Below are positions 25,640 to 35,810 of a stretch of DNA of 64,000 nt, piece by piece. Numbering within the stretch: position 1 is the first letter of the stretch; the number at the start of each line of letters is the position of its first letter. The notes below the pieces were generated by a model. It saw only the letters and a program-made list of their open reading frames with translations, did no database searches and was not told the origin of the DNA. The stretch lies in the NCBI GenBank assembly GCA_019695335.1, contig JAIBAF010000013.1:3281-67280 (forward strand), given 5' to 3'. The stretch is from a bacterium (GTDB lineage: Bacteria > CLD3 > SB21). The translations under genes and the position numbers were made by a program.

Positions 25640-26626
25640 ATGCTGACTCTGGTTATTACGATCATCTTTATCGCTTTAATTTTTGATTTTCTTAACGGCT
25701 TTCACGATTCGGCCAATTCGATTGCCACCGTGGTGTCGACGCGCGTACTGACGCCACGAAAAGCTGTGGTGTGGGCTGCATTTTTTAATATGGCTGCAGC
25801 ATTTTTATTCGACGTACATATCGCGAAAACTATCGGCAAAGGCCTGATCGATATTGCCGTTGTCAATGAATGGGTTATAATGAGTGCGCTTATCGGTGCG
25901 ATCGTATGGAATCTTTTAACATGGTATTACGGTATTCCATCGAGTTCATCGCACGCATTGATGGGTGGATATGCCGGCGCCGCGATTGCCAAAGCAGGAT
26001 GGGGATCGATCATCGCCAGCGGATGGACCAATACTTTGATTTTTATCGCTGTGGCGCCGTTAATGGGAATGATCATGGGATTCACATTAATGGTTATTCT
26101 GTCGTGGATTTTTTATAAAAAATCATCGTCGAAAGTCAACGATTCATTTAGAAAGCTCCAGTTGGTTTCCGCCGCATTCTATAGCCTCGGTCACGGAACC
26201 AACGACGCTCAAAAAACAATGGGAATCATCACTGGCTTACTTGTAACAGCGGGCTATTTGCAAACCTTCGAAGTTCCGTTCTGGGTTATTCTCATTTCAC
26301 ATTTTGCCATTGGCGTTGGAACGCTTTTCGGAGGATGGCGCATTGTGAAGACAATGGGACAAAAAATTACAAAGTTAAAACCATCCGGTGGATTTTGTGC
26401 GGAAACAGCGGGCGCCATCACGCTACTCGTCACGGCATTTGGCGGAATTTCAGTCAGTACAACGCACACCATTACTGGCGCCATCATGGGCGTCGGTGCA
26501 ACCAAACGTGTCTCGGCTGTTCGGTGGGGGCTCGCCGGCAATATTGTCATCGCATGGATTCTGACGATTCCGGCATCGGCGTTAGTCGGGGCGGCTTTTT
26601 ATTATCTCGTAGCTTACTTCCAATAA
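25640..26626 (+). CDS. pit: Inorganic phosphate transporter, PiT family
   Basis: Duplicated signature GFHDSANSIAT and GTNDAQKTMG. Polytopic membrane protein. Confidence 0.9.
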   Translation: MLTLVITIIFIALIFDFLNGFHDSANSIATVVSTRVLTPRKAVVWAAFFNMAAAFLFDVHIAKTIGKGLIDIAVVNEWVIMSALIGAIVWNLLTWYYGIPSSSSHALMGGYAGAAIAKAGWGSIIASGWTNTLIFIAVAPLMGMIMGFTLMVILSWIFYKKSSSKVNDSFRKLQLVSAAFYSLGHGTNDAQKTMGIITGLLVTAGYLQTFEVPFWVILISHFAIGVGTLFGGWRIVKTMGQKITKLKPSGGFCAETAGAITLLVTAFGGISVSTTHTITGAIMGVGATKRVSAVRWGLAGNIVIAWILTIPASALVGAAFYYLVAYFQ

Positions 26627-26629
26627 GTG

Positions 26630-27985
26630 CTATAGCAATTTCTCAAGCTTTTCATTCACCAGTTTTTGGGCTTTATTCCAATCGACCTCATCCACATTTA
26701 TTTTTCCCAACGCTAACTCGTTCAAAATCGTATCCTGAATCTTCCCTCTTGAAAGCGCTACAGAATACGGCATTCGGCGAAAAGTGACCATCGAGTATTT
26801 TGGAATAAATTGTTCGGGAAATTTCTCCTCAAGAACGTGCTCGATTTTCTTCTTCAAAACAAATACCGGATCGGCTACAAGATCGCGCATTTCATAAAAA
26901 TTTTCTACGGCCAGATCAGCGATCGCATCCGTATTGATCTTCCGCGATTGCTCATATTCTGAAAATACCTTTTCCCAATCATCCCCATGCCGGCCGACAC
27001 ATTCATCCAGCACAACGCAATCTTCAAATGAACAGTTCATACCTTGCCCGAAAAACGGAACGATCGCATGCGCTGCGTCGCCCAATAAAGACGCCGTATT
27101 GCCGGCATGCCAAGGAAAACATTTGACTGTCATCAGTGAACTAGTCGGATTGTCAAAAAAATCTTCGAGCAATGTCGGCATGAGCGGAACGGCATCCGAA
27201 AACTGCTCCTTAAAAAATCGGTTTACCTTTTCTTTCGTATCAAGACTGGCGAAACTGACGTGACCTTCCATCGGAAAAAATAACGTGCACGTAAAACTGC
27301 CGTCCATATTCGGAAGCGCGATCAGCATGTATGTTTTTCGCGGCCAGATATGAAGCGCATTTTTTTCGATTAAAAAATTACCGTCACCTCCGGCAGGAAT
27401 CGACAACTCTTTATATCCGTGTTCAAGATAACTTTGAGAATAATTGAAGCGCCCGATTTTCATCATATCATAACGAATCGCCGAAGCAGAACCATCCGTT
27501 CCGATAACCGTGTCAGCTTTGACACAGACTGTTTGTTGAGCTATTTCATCAAAAATTTCTGCCTCTCCCGTAGCAAAATTCATCCCTGTGCATCGTTTAT
27601 TGAAATGAATCTTCACGCGATCGTATCGTTCAGCCAGATCCATCATCGCCATGTTTAACTGACCTCGGGATACAGAGTAAATGACTTCTGTGTCATCTTT
27701 TCCATATGGAATGAAATTTAACGCGCCTTCCGGAGCATGGATCAGCCTTCCTTTCATCGGAATTGCGATTTTCAAAATCTCACGATCGAGCCCGACGCCT
27801 TTCAAGGCATGTAAACCTCGCAACGAGAGAGCAAGATTAATGGAACGCCCGGCGCTGATGTGCGTGGTACGCATGTCCGGTCTGCGCTCGTAGATATCAA
27901 CATAAAAACCACGCTTAGCCAAATAAACCGCCAGCAGTGATCCCGCCAACCCGGCTCCGATCAGAATGATGTGTTTTTCTTTCAT
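26630..27985 (-). CDS. kmo: Kynurenine 3-monooxygenase (FAD-dependent)
   Basis: N-terminal IILIGAGLAGSLLAVYLAKRGFYVDIYERRPD. DG motif GTDGSASAIR and GD motif LLGDAAHAIVPFFGQGMN. Pathway context. Confidence 0.85.
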   Translation of the reverse strand: MKEKHIILIGAGLAGSLLAVYLAKRGFYVDIYERRPDMRTTHISAGRSINLALSLRGLHALKGVGLDREILKIAIPMKGRLIHAPEGALNFIPYGKDDTEVIYSVSRGQLNMAMMDLAERYDRVKIHFNKRCTGMNFATGEAEIFDEIAQQTVCVKADTVIGTDGSASAIRYDMMKIGRFNYSQSYLEHGYKELSIPAGGDGNFLIEKNALHIWPRKTYMLIALPNMDGSFTCTLFFPMEGHVSFASLDTKEKVNRFFKEQFSDAVPLMPTLLEDFFDNPTSSLMTVKCFPWHAGNTASLLGDAAHAIVPFFGQGMNCSFEDCVVLDECVGRHGDDWEKVFSEYEQSRKINTDAIADLAVENFYEMRDLVADPVFVLKKKIEHVLEEKFPEQFIPKYSMVTFRRMPYSVALSRGKIQDTILNELALGKINVDEVDWNKAQKLVNEKLEKLL

Positions 27986-28024
27986 GTGTTTTTCTCTAAC
28001 GGTAATAAAATTCTGCGCTGGAAA

Positions 28025-29290
28025 TTAAATCGCTTCTCTCAGAATTTCAGAAAAGCGATAGACATCCATAAATGAATTATATAAAGGCGCTGGGGCAACG
28101 CGAACAACATCCGGTTCTCTCCAGTCACAGAATACGCCTCCATCGGTCAGCTTTTGATGAAATTTCTTTCCATTGCCATGTATTCTCAACGACAATTGAT
28201 TACCTCTCTGTTTACGATCGGTTGGCGTGATGATCGTGATAAATTTACCGGCTATCTCGCGAATGATCGACTCGAGATAACCGGTCAGTAAATCGCCTTT
28301 AGCTCGAATATTTTCTATGCCTGCTTCATCAAAAATTTCCAGCGATGCATTGACGGCCGCCATCGAAAGAATCGGCGGATTACTCAACTGCCAGCCTTCA
28401 GCTCCCTCGATCGGCACGAAATCGGGACCCATGATAAATCTGGTTTTTTTATCGTGACCCCACCACCCAGCAAAACGCGGTAAGCTCGATTTACGCGCAT
28501 ACCGTTCGTGCACGAAACACCCGGCGATACTCCCAGGCCCTGAATTAAGATATTTGTACGAACACCACACGGCAAAATCCACGTCCCAATCGTGTAATTT
28601 CAAAACTAAATTGCCGGCTGCATGAGCAAGATCAAATCCAACCATGCATCCTTGCGCGTGTGCAGCTTTTGTAATTCGCTCGATGTCATAAGCCTGGCCT
28701 GAATAGTAATTAATACCGCCGATAAGAATGAGCGCAATATCTTTGCCTTTTTTTTCGATAAGCGCCTCGATATCATCGGTTCGGATAATATCTTCTCCGG
28801 ATCGCGGGGCGATTTCAATAATCGCATCCTTAGGATCAAAATGATGAAACGCAATCTGCGATTGCACGGCATATTGATCGGATGGAAAAGCCGTGTGCTC
28901 CATCAATATTTTGTACCGCGTAGCTGTCGGGCGATAAAACGAAACCATCATTAAATGCAGATTAACCGTGAGTGAATTCATATTAACAACTTCGATCGGT
29001 TTCGCACCGACCAGGCGGGCGGTTTTTTCAGCCAAAAACTCATGATAAGGCAGCCACGGCCGTTTTGCATGAAAATGCCCTTCGACCGCAAGATTCTCCC
29101 AATCTTTAAGCTCCTGTTCAAGATGCATCCGAACATTTTTGGGCTGCAGTCCAAGCGAGTTCCCGCATAAATAAATACAATCATCGCCATTTTTCAATTT
29201 TGGTATATAAAACCGTTCTCTGAATTTTTTTAAAGGATCTTTCGAATCCATATCTTCGGCAAACGAGCGGCTTAGATCGAATTTGATCAT
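28025..29290 (-). CDS. kynU: Kynureninase (PLP-dependent)
   Basis: 421 aa. Motifs YLCGNSLGLQPK and FAVWCSYKYLNSGPG (PLP-Lys region) are characteristic of kynureninase. Confidence 0.85.
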   Translation of the reverse strand: MIKFDLSRSFAEDMDSKDPLKKFRERFYIPKLKNGDDCIYLCGNSLGLQPKNVRMHLEQELKDWENLAVEGHFHAKRPWLPYHEFLAEKTARLVGAKPIEVVNMNSLTVNLHLMMVSFYRPTATRYKILMEHTAFPSDQYAVQSQIAFHHFDPKDAIIEIAPRSGEDIIRTDDIEALIEKKGKDIALILIGGINYYSGQAYDIERITKAAHAQGCMVGFDLAHAAGNLVLKLHDWDVDFAVWCSYKYLNSGPGSIAGCFVHERYARKSSLPRFAGWWGHDKKTRFIMGPDFVPIEGAEGWQLSNPPILSMAAVNASLEIFDEAGIENIRAKGDLLTGYLESIIREIAGKFITIITPTDRKQRGNQLSLRIHGNGKKFHQKLTDGGVFCDWREPDVVRVAPAPLYNSFMDVYRFSEILREAI

Positions 29291-29346
29291 AAAATTTATT
29301 TTTTTGGAATTGAAATTCTAAGAGCAACAATCCCCGTCTCTTGAAT

Positions 29347-30162
29347 TTAAGATTTCACTTCATACAAGAATACCCTGCTCGGTGCGGCATCAGCGACAAA
29401 ATTGGGGATCTGAATGTGCGCTAAATATGGCCCGTCAGGAATTTCATCCGGAACAAAAATCATTTCAGTAATCGTTTTGACTGAAGGCCCTTTGGGATCG
29501 ACGTCGTGTGAGCCTTGAGGCGTTGCCCAAAAAATATGGTGGACACTCAATCGACCTTCATCAAAAGTTCTGTCAACCGAAGGAATATCCACCAATAAAT
29601 GTTCCACACCTAACGAAACCAGATATTCCATAGCTTCGAGGGAAAAAAACGGTGGAGGCATCTCAAGATATTGGCGAGATCGTTTGGAAAGATCGTTAGG
29701 TAACGTACGGATGATCAATGCTTTTAGAAAATCCGGCGCTGCATTTTCTAAAACGTAAAAAAGAGACTTTGAAGTGATCAATCGGTCATCCGAAGACTTT
29801 TCCGGCGAATACGTTTCGAGTGAGTCGCTGGCTTTTTCAGGCGTAACGGTCACCAAGGTACCGGGAAAGAAAACATCCCGCAATATTTTGTGAATGGAAA
29901 TACGTTCGTAAGCGATATGTCCGATACATTCCGTATGCGTCCCATTGCAATGTGGAATGATCCTATATTCTTCAAAATTGCAGCTGCCGCCGCGACGAAC
30001 GTCACCGATAAATTGTCCGTCTTCATAAGCATTTGCAGATGCCGGCGGAACGTTGTAAGTATTCGGTTGCTCACCATTAAACTCTACAGGAATGGAAATA
30101 TCAATCGGGTTGAGCAGATTAATTTCATACGAAAGCGATCCTAGCAGCGAACGAATTACCAT
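29347..30162 (-). CDS. Cyclase-family metal-dependent hydrolase, candidate kynurenine formamidase
   Basis: Segment IPHCNGTHTECIGH resembles, but deviates from, the HxGTHxDxPxH motif of cyclase/KynB enzymes. The gene sits between kynureninase and ACMSD. Confidence 0.45.
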   Translation of the reverse strand: MVIRSLLGSLSYEINLLNPIDISIPVEFNGEQPNTYNVPPASANAYEDGQFIGDVRRGGSCNFEEYRIIPHCNGTHTECIGHIAYERISIHKILRDVFFPGTLVTVTPEKASDSLETYSPEKSSDDRLITSKSLFYVLENAAPDFLKALIIRTLPNDLSKRSRQYLEMPPPFFSLEAMEYLVSLGVEHLLVDIPSVDRTFDEGRLSVHHIFWATPQGSHDVDPKGPSVKTITEMIFVPDEIPDGPYLAHIQIPNFVADAAPSRVFLYEVKS

Positions 30163-30175
30163 AGAAATTTTCTGA

Positions 30176-31186
30176 TTAAATGAAGCGTTCTTTTTTCAGG
30201 CCAAGCCATTCTAACGCCGTTTTATATAAAAGCTGTTCTTTAACGGATATCTCTAATGTATGCATGGATTCGATCAACTTGCCCGGGGTTTGTTCGCCCA
30301 GCGGGAAAGGATAATCCGAACCTAAGGCGATACGGTTGGCGCCAACCAAATCGATCAGGTATTGCAGCATCATTGGATCATGAACTAACGAATCAAGATA
30401 AAATTTTCCAAGATAGTGTCGCGGATTGACCGAGTTATCAATCGCACATAAATCGGGACGTACTTTGAATCCATGTTCAATGCGCCCGAATGTCGCAGGA
30501 AATGACCCGCCTCCGTGGGCAAAAGCTACTCGAAGCTTTGGCAATTTTTCAAAAATGCCTCCAAAAATCATTGAACAAATCGCCAGTGATGTTTCAGCCG
30601 GCATGCCCACAAGCCACGGTAACCAATATTTGGGCATTTTTTCTTTACCCATCATGTCCCACGGATGCACGAATACCGCTGCACCTAATTCAACGGCCGC
30701 TTCAAAAACCGGAAAGAGATGTTCGTCATTCAAATTCCAGTCATTGACGTGAGAGCCAATTTGAATTCCTGCCAATTTTAATTCAGTAACGCATCTTTCC
30801 AATTCCTTTACGGCCAATGCAGCATCTTGCATGGGAACGGTTCCCAGCCCAATGAAACGTTTCGGGAATTGCGCGACGATACCTGCAAGATGATCGTTCA
30901 ACAGTTTTGACAAGTCCAAAGCATGTTCCGGCCTGGCCCAGTAACTGAACATCACCGGTACCGTCGATAGAACCTGCACGTGTACTTGATGCGAATCGCA
31001 TTCGCGGATTCGTTCTTGCGGATCCCAGCTGTTGGATTGTATTTCACGGAACGTCTTGCCGTCGATCATCATACGCGCGCAACACGGTTTGTAATGATCG
31101 AGTTGTACGAAACCGCCGTAGCCGTATCGTTCTTTGAGATCGGGCCAATGTTCGGGAAGAATGTGTGTGTGTATGTCGATTTTCAA
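30176..31186 (-). CDS. nbaD: 2-amino-3-carboxymuconate-6-semialdehyde decarboxylase (ACMSD, amidohydrolase_2)
   Basis: The N-terminus [31 protein letters not shown] closely matches my recollection of animal and bacterial ACMSD. Also contains metal-ligand His and Asp positions. Confidence 0.85.
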   Translation of the reverse strand: MKIDIHTHILPEHWPDLKERYGYGGFVQLDHYKPCCARMMIDGKTFREIQSNSWDPQERIRECDSHQVHVQVLSTVPVMFSYWARPEHALDLSKLLNDHLAGIVAQFPKRFIGLGTVPMQDAALAVKELERCVTELKLAGIQIGSHVNDWNLNDEHLFPVFEAAVELGAAVFVHPWDMMGKEKMPKYWLPWLVGMPAETSLAICSMIFGGIFEKLPKLRVAFAHGGGSFPATFGRIEHGFKVRPDLCAIDNSVNPRHYLGKFYLDSLVHDPMMLQYLIDLVGANRIALGSDYPFPLGEQTPGKLIESMHTLEISVKEQLLYKTALEWLGLKKERFI

Positions 31187-31196
31187 AAAAAAGATC

Positions 31197-31721
31197 CTAT
31201 GACTTCAAAATCGGTCGTTCCATGCGTGTGCCGCATTTTTTGCAAGTGCTGTTAGCTTCATTGTTATAAAATCGTTCGAAAACCGGCGGCAATTGTGTGA
31301 CAATATCGGTCAGATGAAAATATTCATCATACATTTTGGTACTGCATTTTTCACAATACCATTGCAACCCATCCAGTTCTTTTTCGTCGCGTTTACGTTC
31401 GATCACGAGACCGACCGTATTGGCCGGACGTTGAGGCGAATGAGGCGTACGCGGCGGCAAAAGAAATATGTCACCCTGATTGATCGGAATATCTACTTGC
31501 TTGCCGTCCTCAATGATTTTCAGAACCATGTTACCTTCAAGCTGATAGTAAAACTCTTCGCCCTCATTATAATGATAATCTTTGCGGGCATTCGGTCCGC
31601 CCACCACCATGATGATAAATTCCGTGTCTTTCCAAACAACCTGGTTGCCTACCGGCGGCTTGAGCAAATCGCGATGCTCGTCAATCCATTTCTTAAAATT
31701 AAAAGCCTGCAATTTTGCCAT
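31197..31721 (-). CDS. nbaC: 3-hydroxyanthranilate 3,4-dioxygenase (cupin)
   Basis: Cupin core with [16 protein letters not shown] and [11 protein letters not shown]-terminal CEKC...CKKC rubredoxin-like site is typical of bacterial and yeast HAAO. Confidence 0.85.
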   Translation of the reverse strand: MAKLQAFNFKKWIDEHRDLLKPPVGNQVVWKDTEFIIMVVGGPNARKDYHYNEGEEFYYQLEGNMVLKIIEDGKQVDIPINQGDIFLLPPRTPHSPQRPANTVGLVIERKRDEKELDGLQWYCEKCSTKMYDEYFHLTDIVTQLPPVFERFYNNEANSTCKKCGTRMERPILKS

Positions 31722-31761
31722 AACTTACCTCATACGTTATGTTAATCGGTTTTCAGAATTT

Positions 31762-32391
31762 TTATATATTTGAAAAATTATAATCAAACCATTGCTCCGG
31801 TGAATCGGCCGGAAGGTCGCCGCGCGACTTAGCCTGAATTTTTTCCTGAATATTCTCAAGAGAGCGCGATATCATCGAATGATTTAGGCACGTTCCATGT
31901 TCCCATCCAAGTTTCTCAGCCAAAGCCAAAATGCGTTCGGCGCCAAAACGCTTCATCAAAGCCGAATCCAAAGCTTCATGATAAATCAATACCGGCGAAG
32001 GCCAGTTGCCCATCGCCTCGCTGATCATCTGATCTTTTGAAGGAACAGGATAATATTCCGCAACAATTACTTTCGCTGATCGGACCGCATTACCGCTGGT
32101 CATCGAAGCAAACACATCGCTCATGGCTAACGCCAAATGATAATGCCCCTCCATCCAACGTTGTAAATCTATGGAAGAACGTAGCGGTGTATAAGTGATG
32201 GATTTTGCATCAAGGTGTTTTTTTATTACCTCAAAAGTCGTTTTGAAATGCGTTACGATCAAAATCGGTATTTGTGAATTTTGATCGACTATTACATCCG
32301 ATACAATGCCTGAAATTTTTTCGTCCTGCGTCCGCCAGACTTTGGTATCTTGAATCTTAGCTGATTTCTTTTTGTTAAACAATCCAAACAT
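31762..32391 (-). CDS. Hypothetical protein (209 aa) embedded in the kynurenine gene string
   Basis: Long ORF, co-directional, 3 nt downstream of the RidA-like gene and 40 nt upstream of nbaC. I recognise no motif. Confidence 0.6.
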   Translation of the reverse strand: MFGLFNKKKSAKIQDTKVWRTQDEKISGIVSDVIVDQNSQIPILIVTHFKTTFEVIKKHLDAKSITYTPLRSSIDLQRWMEGHYHLALAMSDVFASMTSGNAVRSAKVIVAEYYPVPSKDQMISEAMGNWPSPVLIYHEALDSALMKRFGAERILALAEKLGWEHGTCLNHSMISRSLENIQEKIQAKSRGDLPADSPEQWFDYNFSNI

Positions 32392-32394
32392 GGC

Positions 32395-32814
32395 TTACTC
32401 AATCGTTGCGATTACTTTGAGTTCAATAGCAATGGGCGTCGGAAGCGCATTGACTTCGACGGTCGTACGGCATGGCCGGTTGTCTTTGAAGTATTCGGCA
32501 TAAACGCGATTATAAGTCTGAAAATCTTTTTTCATATTTGTCAAAAAAACTGTCACATCTACGATTTGATTCCAACTTGATCCGGCATCTTCAAGAATTA
32601 CACGAATATTTTTGAAGACGGAATGACACTGCGCTTCAATATCGTACGAAAGGATGTTACCTTGATCGTCCAACTCAATGCCGGGAATTTTTTTCGTTCC
32701 CCGCTCACGTGGTCCCACACCTGATAGAAATAATAAATTACCAACGCGGCGCGCATGAGGATACAAACCGACAGGTTCAGGTGCCCTGGAAGATTCAATA
32801 ATTTTAGAACTCAT
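32395..32814 (-). CDS. RidA/YjgF-family deaminase (candidate 2-aminomuconate deaminase)
   Basis: 139 aa with YjgF/RidA-type sequence (GNLLFLSGVGP ... ARTTVEV-type C-terminal CRTTVEVNALP). Pathway context. Confidence 0.7.
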   Translation of the reverse strand: MSSKIIESSRAPEPVGLYPHARRVGNLLFLSGVGPRERGTKKIPGIELDDQGNILSYDIEAQCHSVFKNIRVILEDAGSSWNQIVDVTVFLTNMKKDFQTYNRVYAEYFKDNRPCRTTVEVNALPTPIAIELKVIATIE

Positions 32815-32848
32815 GCATGAACAATCTGTAATTTAAAATCTAAAATAA

Positions 32849-33790
32849 TTATTTAAATAATGCATCAATTCTATTTCCATTTGCTCCTTCAAGCGTAAAT
32901 CTGAGTAAAGACGCGATCGTTACTGCTAAATCAATTTGCGAATAACGATCAATGACAATGCGATCCTGATCGAATTCAGGTCCGTACGCATACAATGCTA
33001 TATGACGGCAACCAGGACAGGAATCACCGTGCGATACAAACCCATCCGAAAGGCTGTCCAAATGCCGTCCATGATCGTGGGTGACAAAAAGCGCCGTATG
33101 ATTGGCATATATCGGATCATTATTGATAAACTTCCATACCGTAAATGCTGCACGATCGCCGTCGCGAATCCCTTTAATATAAGCATCCCAATTTCCGTCA
33201 TGAGCGCTGACGTCCGGCTCTTTGAAATGAATTAAAGTCAATTTCGGATGATATGTATTGAGAACATCTAAAGCTCGCGCCAACGTCAACGAATCTGCAC
33301 GATTACTTGAACCAAGTCCTGAAACACCGCAATCATGTGCCGGACGAAATTGATGTTGCCACGTGGAATCTTTGCAATCAGTCAGCACTTCCAATTTATG
33401 TTTGCTTGCAATAACCCACGTCGCTGTCGAATCGACGCTCTTAGATTTACGAAAATATTGAAATACCGACGGATGATCCGGAAGTTCTTCACCAAAATTG
33501 TTGATCTCTTGATAAAACCCCGTCAACATTGCCGTATGGCCGGCCGTCGTTTCCGTAGCACCATCGTTATAAAAATTTGTCAAAAGAACGCCGGCCGATA
33601 ACATACTGTCTTTAATAAATGGCATTAAGTTTCCGGCCGAATCGCCCCATGTCTCTGAAAACCTCGGACCATCAATGATCACGACAATCACATTTTCAGT
33701 AACGTCGGTGACAAGATCTGTATTATCTGAATCCCGGCATTGGTCTAATAGACACATTCCGGCAATAAGACTACCAATCAGCCATTTCAT
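32849..33790 (-). CDS. Secreted alkaline-phosphatase-superfamily enzyme (nucleotide pyrophosphatase/phosphodiesterase-like)
   Basis: Signal sequence MKWLIGSLIAGMCLL. Motifs VIIDGPRFSETWG, TTAGHTAMLTG and FVTHDHGRH...HGD. The start at 33790 was chosen because of the ATGA overlap with the upstream stop. Confidence 0.6.
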   Translation of the reverse strand: MKWLIGSLIAGMCLLDQCRDSDNTDLVTDVTENVIVVIIDGPRFSETWGDSAGNLMPFIKDSMLSAGVLLTNFYNDGATETTAGHTAMLTGFYQEINNFGEELPDHPSVFQYFRKSKSVDSTATWVIASKHKLEVLTDCKDSTWQHQFRPAHDCGVSGLGSSNRADSLTLARALDVLNTYHPKLTLIHFKEPDVSAHDGNWDAYIKGIRDGDRAAFTVWKFINNDPIYANHTALFVTHDHGRHLDSLSDGFVSHGDSCPGCRHIALYAYGPEFDQDRIVIDRYSQIDLAVTIASLLRFTLEGANGNRIDALFK

Positions 33791-35229
33791 AATTTCACAC
33801 AAATATTTTTAGGTTCTGTAAAAAATCGCAGGGCTTCCCAGCCGCCTTCGCGGCCAACACCGGAATTTTTCATCCCGCCAAACGGCGTGCGTAAATCGCG
33901 TAACATCCAACAATTAATCCAAACAATTCCCGTCTTCACTAAATTGGCCACCCTATGCGCACGGGTAAGATTTTCTGTCCAAATAATTGAAGCCAGCCCG
34001 TACGAAGTTCCATTAGCCATCGTCACCGCTTGTTCTTCCGAATCAAATGGCATGATGGTCGCAACCGGACCGAATATTTCTTCCTGATTAGTTCGGCATT
34101 CGTACGATAATCCATCGATCACAGTCGGTGCGATAAACCATCCGTTTTGACAACGCCCGCTCAATTTGACCATTTCTCCACCACATCGAATTTTTCCACC
34201 TTCTTTTTTTGCGAGATCAATGTAAAATAAAATTTTATCCATGTGCTGTTTTGAAACGATCGCTCCTTGTTGTGTATCCTCCGATAACGGATCGCCGACT
34301 TTCAGCGAACGAGCACGTTCGGTAAAATCATGCAGGAATCGGTCATAAATGGAACGTTCAACCAAAATACGCGATCCGCAGAGACAAATTTCACCTTGAT
34401 TGGAAAACGAAGACCGTACAGTTGTTTCCAACATCTCATTATAGTTACAATCGGCAAAAATGATGTTTGGATTTTTTCCGCCTAGTTCAAGCGACAGCTT
34501 CTTGAACATTGGCGCCGCAATTCTGGCGATTTCAGCTCCGGTTTTTGTTCCACCGGTAAACGAAATGGCGGTAATTTTCGGATGTTTGGAAATTGCGTCA
34601 CCCACTTTTGGCCCGAGTCCATGCACGATATTCAATACACCGGCAGGCAATCTCGCTTCTCCACAAATATCAGACAACATATACGCCGTCATCGGAGTAA
34701 TTTCGGAAGGTTTTGCTACCACGCAATTCCCCGCGGCCAAAGCAGGAGCAATTTTCCAGGTAAATAAATAGAGCGGAAGATTCCAGGGAGAAATGCATCC
34801 TACCACTCCAATTGGCGCGCGAACCGTGTAATTGACAGCGCGGTTTTCCATGACGTGAGACTCGCTGGCGAAATGCATGATGCCCGTTGCAAAAAAATGA
34901 AAATTGCTTGAAGCACGAGGGATATCTACCGTTCGGGCAAGGTTCACCGGTTTTCCCTGATCGACGCTTTCAGCTTGTGCAAGCTTTTCTATATTCTTAT
35001 CAATCATCTCGCTGATACGCATAAGAATTCGTGAACGCTGTTCTATGGGCATAACCGACCAAACCGAAAAAGCTTTTTCAGCCGACGATACAGCCGCAGC
35101 TACATCATGTTCATCTGAGTCGGGAATTAGTGAATACACCTCGCCTGTAGCCGGATTGTAATTATCCAGATAGCGCCTGCTGGCAGGTTCAACGAATTGG
35201 CCGTCGATGTAATTAAGAATTTTAATCAT
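33787..35229 (-). CDS. NAD-dependent aldehyde dehydrogenase, candidate 2-aminomuconate-6-semialdehyde dehydrogenase
   Basis: ALDH motifs FTGGTKTG, LELGGKNP and EEIFGPV, with the catalytic Cys region QGEICLCGSR. Pathway context. Confidence 0.75.
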   Translation of the reverse strand: MIKILNYIDGQFVEPASRRYLDNYNPATGEVYSLIPDSDEHDVAAAVSSAEKAFSVWSVMPIEQRSRILMRISEMIDKNIEKLAQAESVDQGKPVNLARTVDIPRASSNFHFFATGIMHFASESHVMENRAVNYTVRAPIGVVGCISPWNLPLYLFTWKIAPALAAGNCVVAKPSEITPMTAYMLSDICGEARLPAGVLNIVHGLGPKVGDAISKHPKITAISFTGGTKTGAEIARIAAPMFKKLSLELGGKNPNIIFADCNYNEMLETTVRSSFSNQGEICLCGSRILVERSIYDRFLHDFTERARSLKVGDPLSEDTQQGAIVSKQHMDKILFYIDLAKKEGGKIRCGGEMVKLSGRCQNGWFIAPTVIDGLSYECRTNQEEIFGPVATIMPFDSEEQAVTMANGTSYGLASIIWTENLTRAHRVANLVKTGIVWINCWMLRDLRTPFGGMKNSGVGREGGWEALRFFTEPKNICVKL

Positions 35230-35231
35230 AA

Positions 35232-35810
35232 TTATCTTTCATACTCTGCAAAAGCTTTGTCCAGCAGAGATTTCACATCTAAACTTTCGGACCATTTTTT
35301 AAGGTAGGCAACATCCATTGAGTTCTGTTGGACTTTTAAAATTCCAATGATATCATTCCATTGCCTTTCCGAAATTTCGCCGCCCATTTTATACCAAAGT
35401 AATTTATTCAACAAGATATCTTCAACTGATCCTACAAAAAAAATAGCATTGGAGTCACTAAATAAAGTGTCCTTTTTTTTTCGTTCAAATGCAGATCGAT
35501 CATAAGTATTTTTTGGAATAAAAATATCAATTTTGACCATAGTTTCGAGATGAACTAAATTGAAAGAAGAACATGTATTGATAGCCTGCAGCATGGTCTC
35601 TAAGTCAAAATAATATTTCTGATGCAAACGTTCTGCAAACTGACTTGCAGCCGATTCTGAAAAATCGGCTATGATGTCGACATCTAAAGTTGCGCGCGCG
35701 ATTCCATAGATCGAGCTTGCGATTGAACCGCCAATATAATATGCAATTCCGAGTTCATCTAAGGCTGTTACAACCGGTGTGAGTGCAATTTCAATTTCAG
35801 ATTGATTCAT
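35232..35810 (-). CDS. Minimal nucleotidyltransferase-fold protein (Pol-beta superfamily, AbiEii/MNT-like)
   Basis: GGSIASSIYGIARATLDVDI (GS-x13-DxD) followed by a helical C-terminal half. ATGA overlap with the upstream 81-aa ORF. Confidence 0.5.
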   Translation of the reverse strand: MNQSEIEIALTPVVTALDELGIAYYIGGSIASSIYGIARATLDVDIIADFSESAASQFAERLHQKYYFDLETMLQAINTCSSFNLVHLETMVKIDIFIPKNTYDRSAFERKKKDTLFSDSNAIFFVGSVEDILLNKLLWYKMGGEISERQWNDIIGILKVQQNSMDVAYLKKWSESLDVKSLLDKAFAEYER

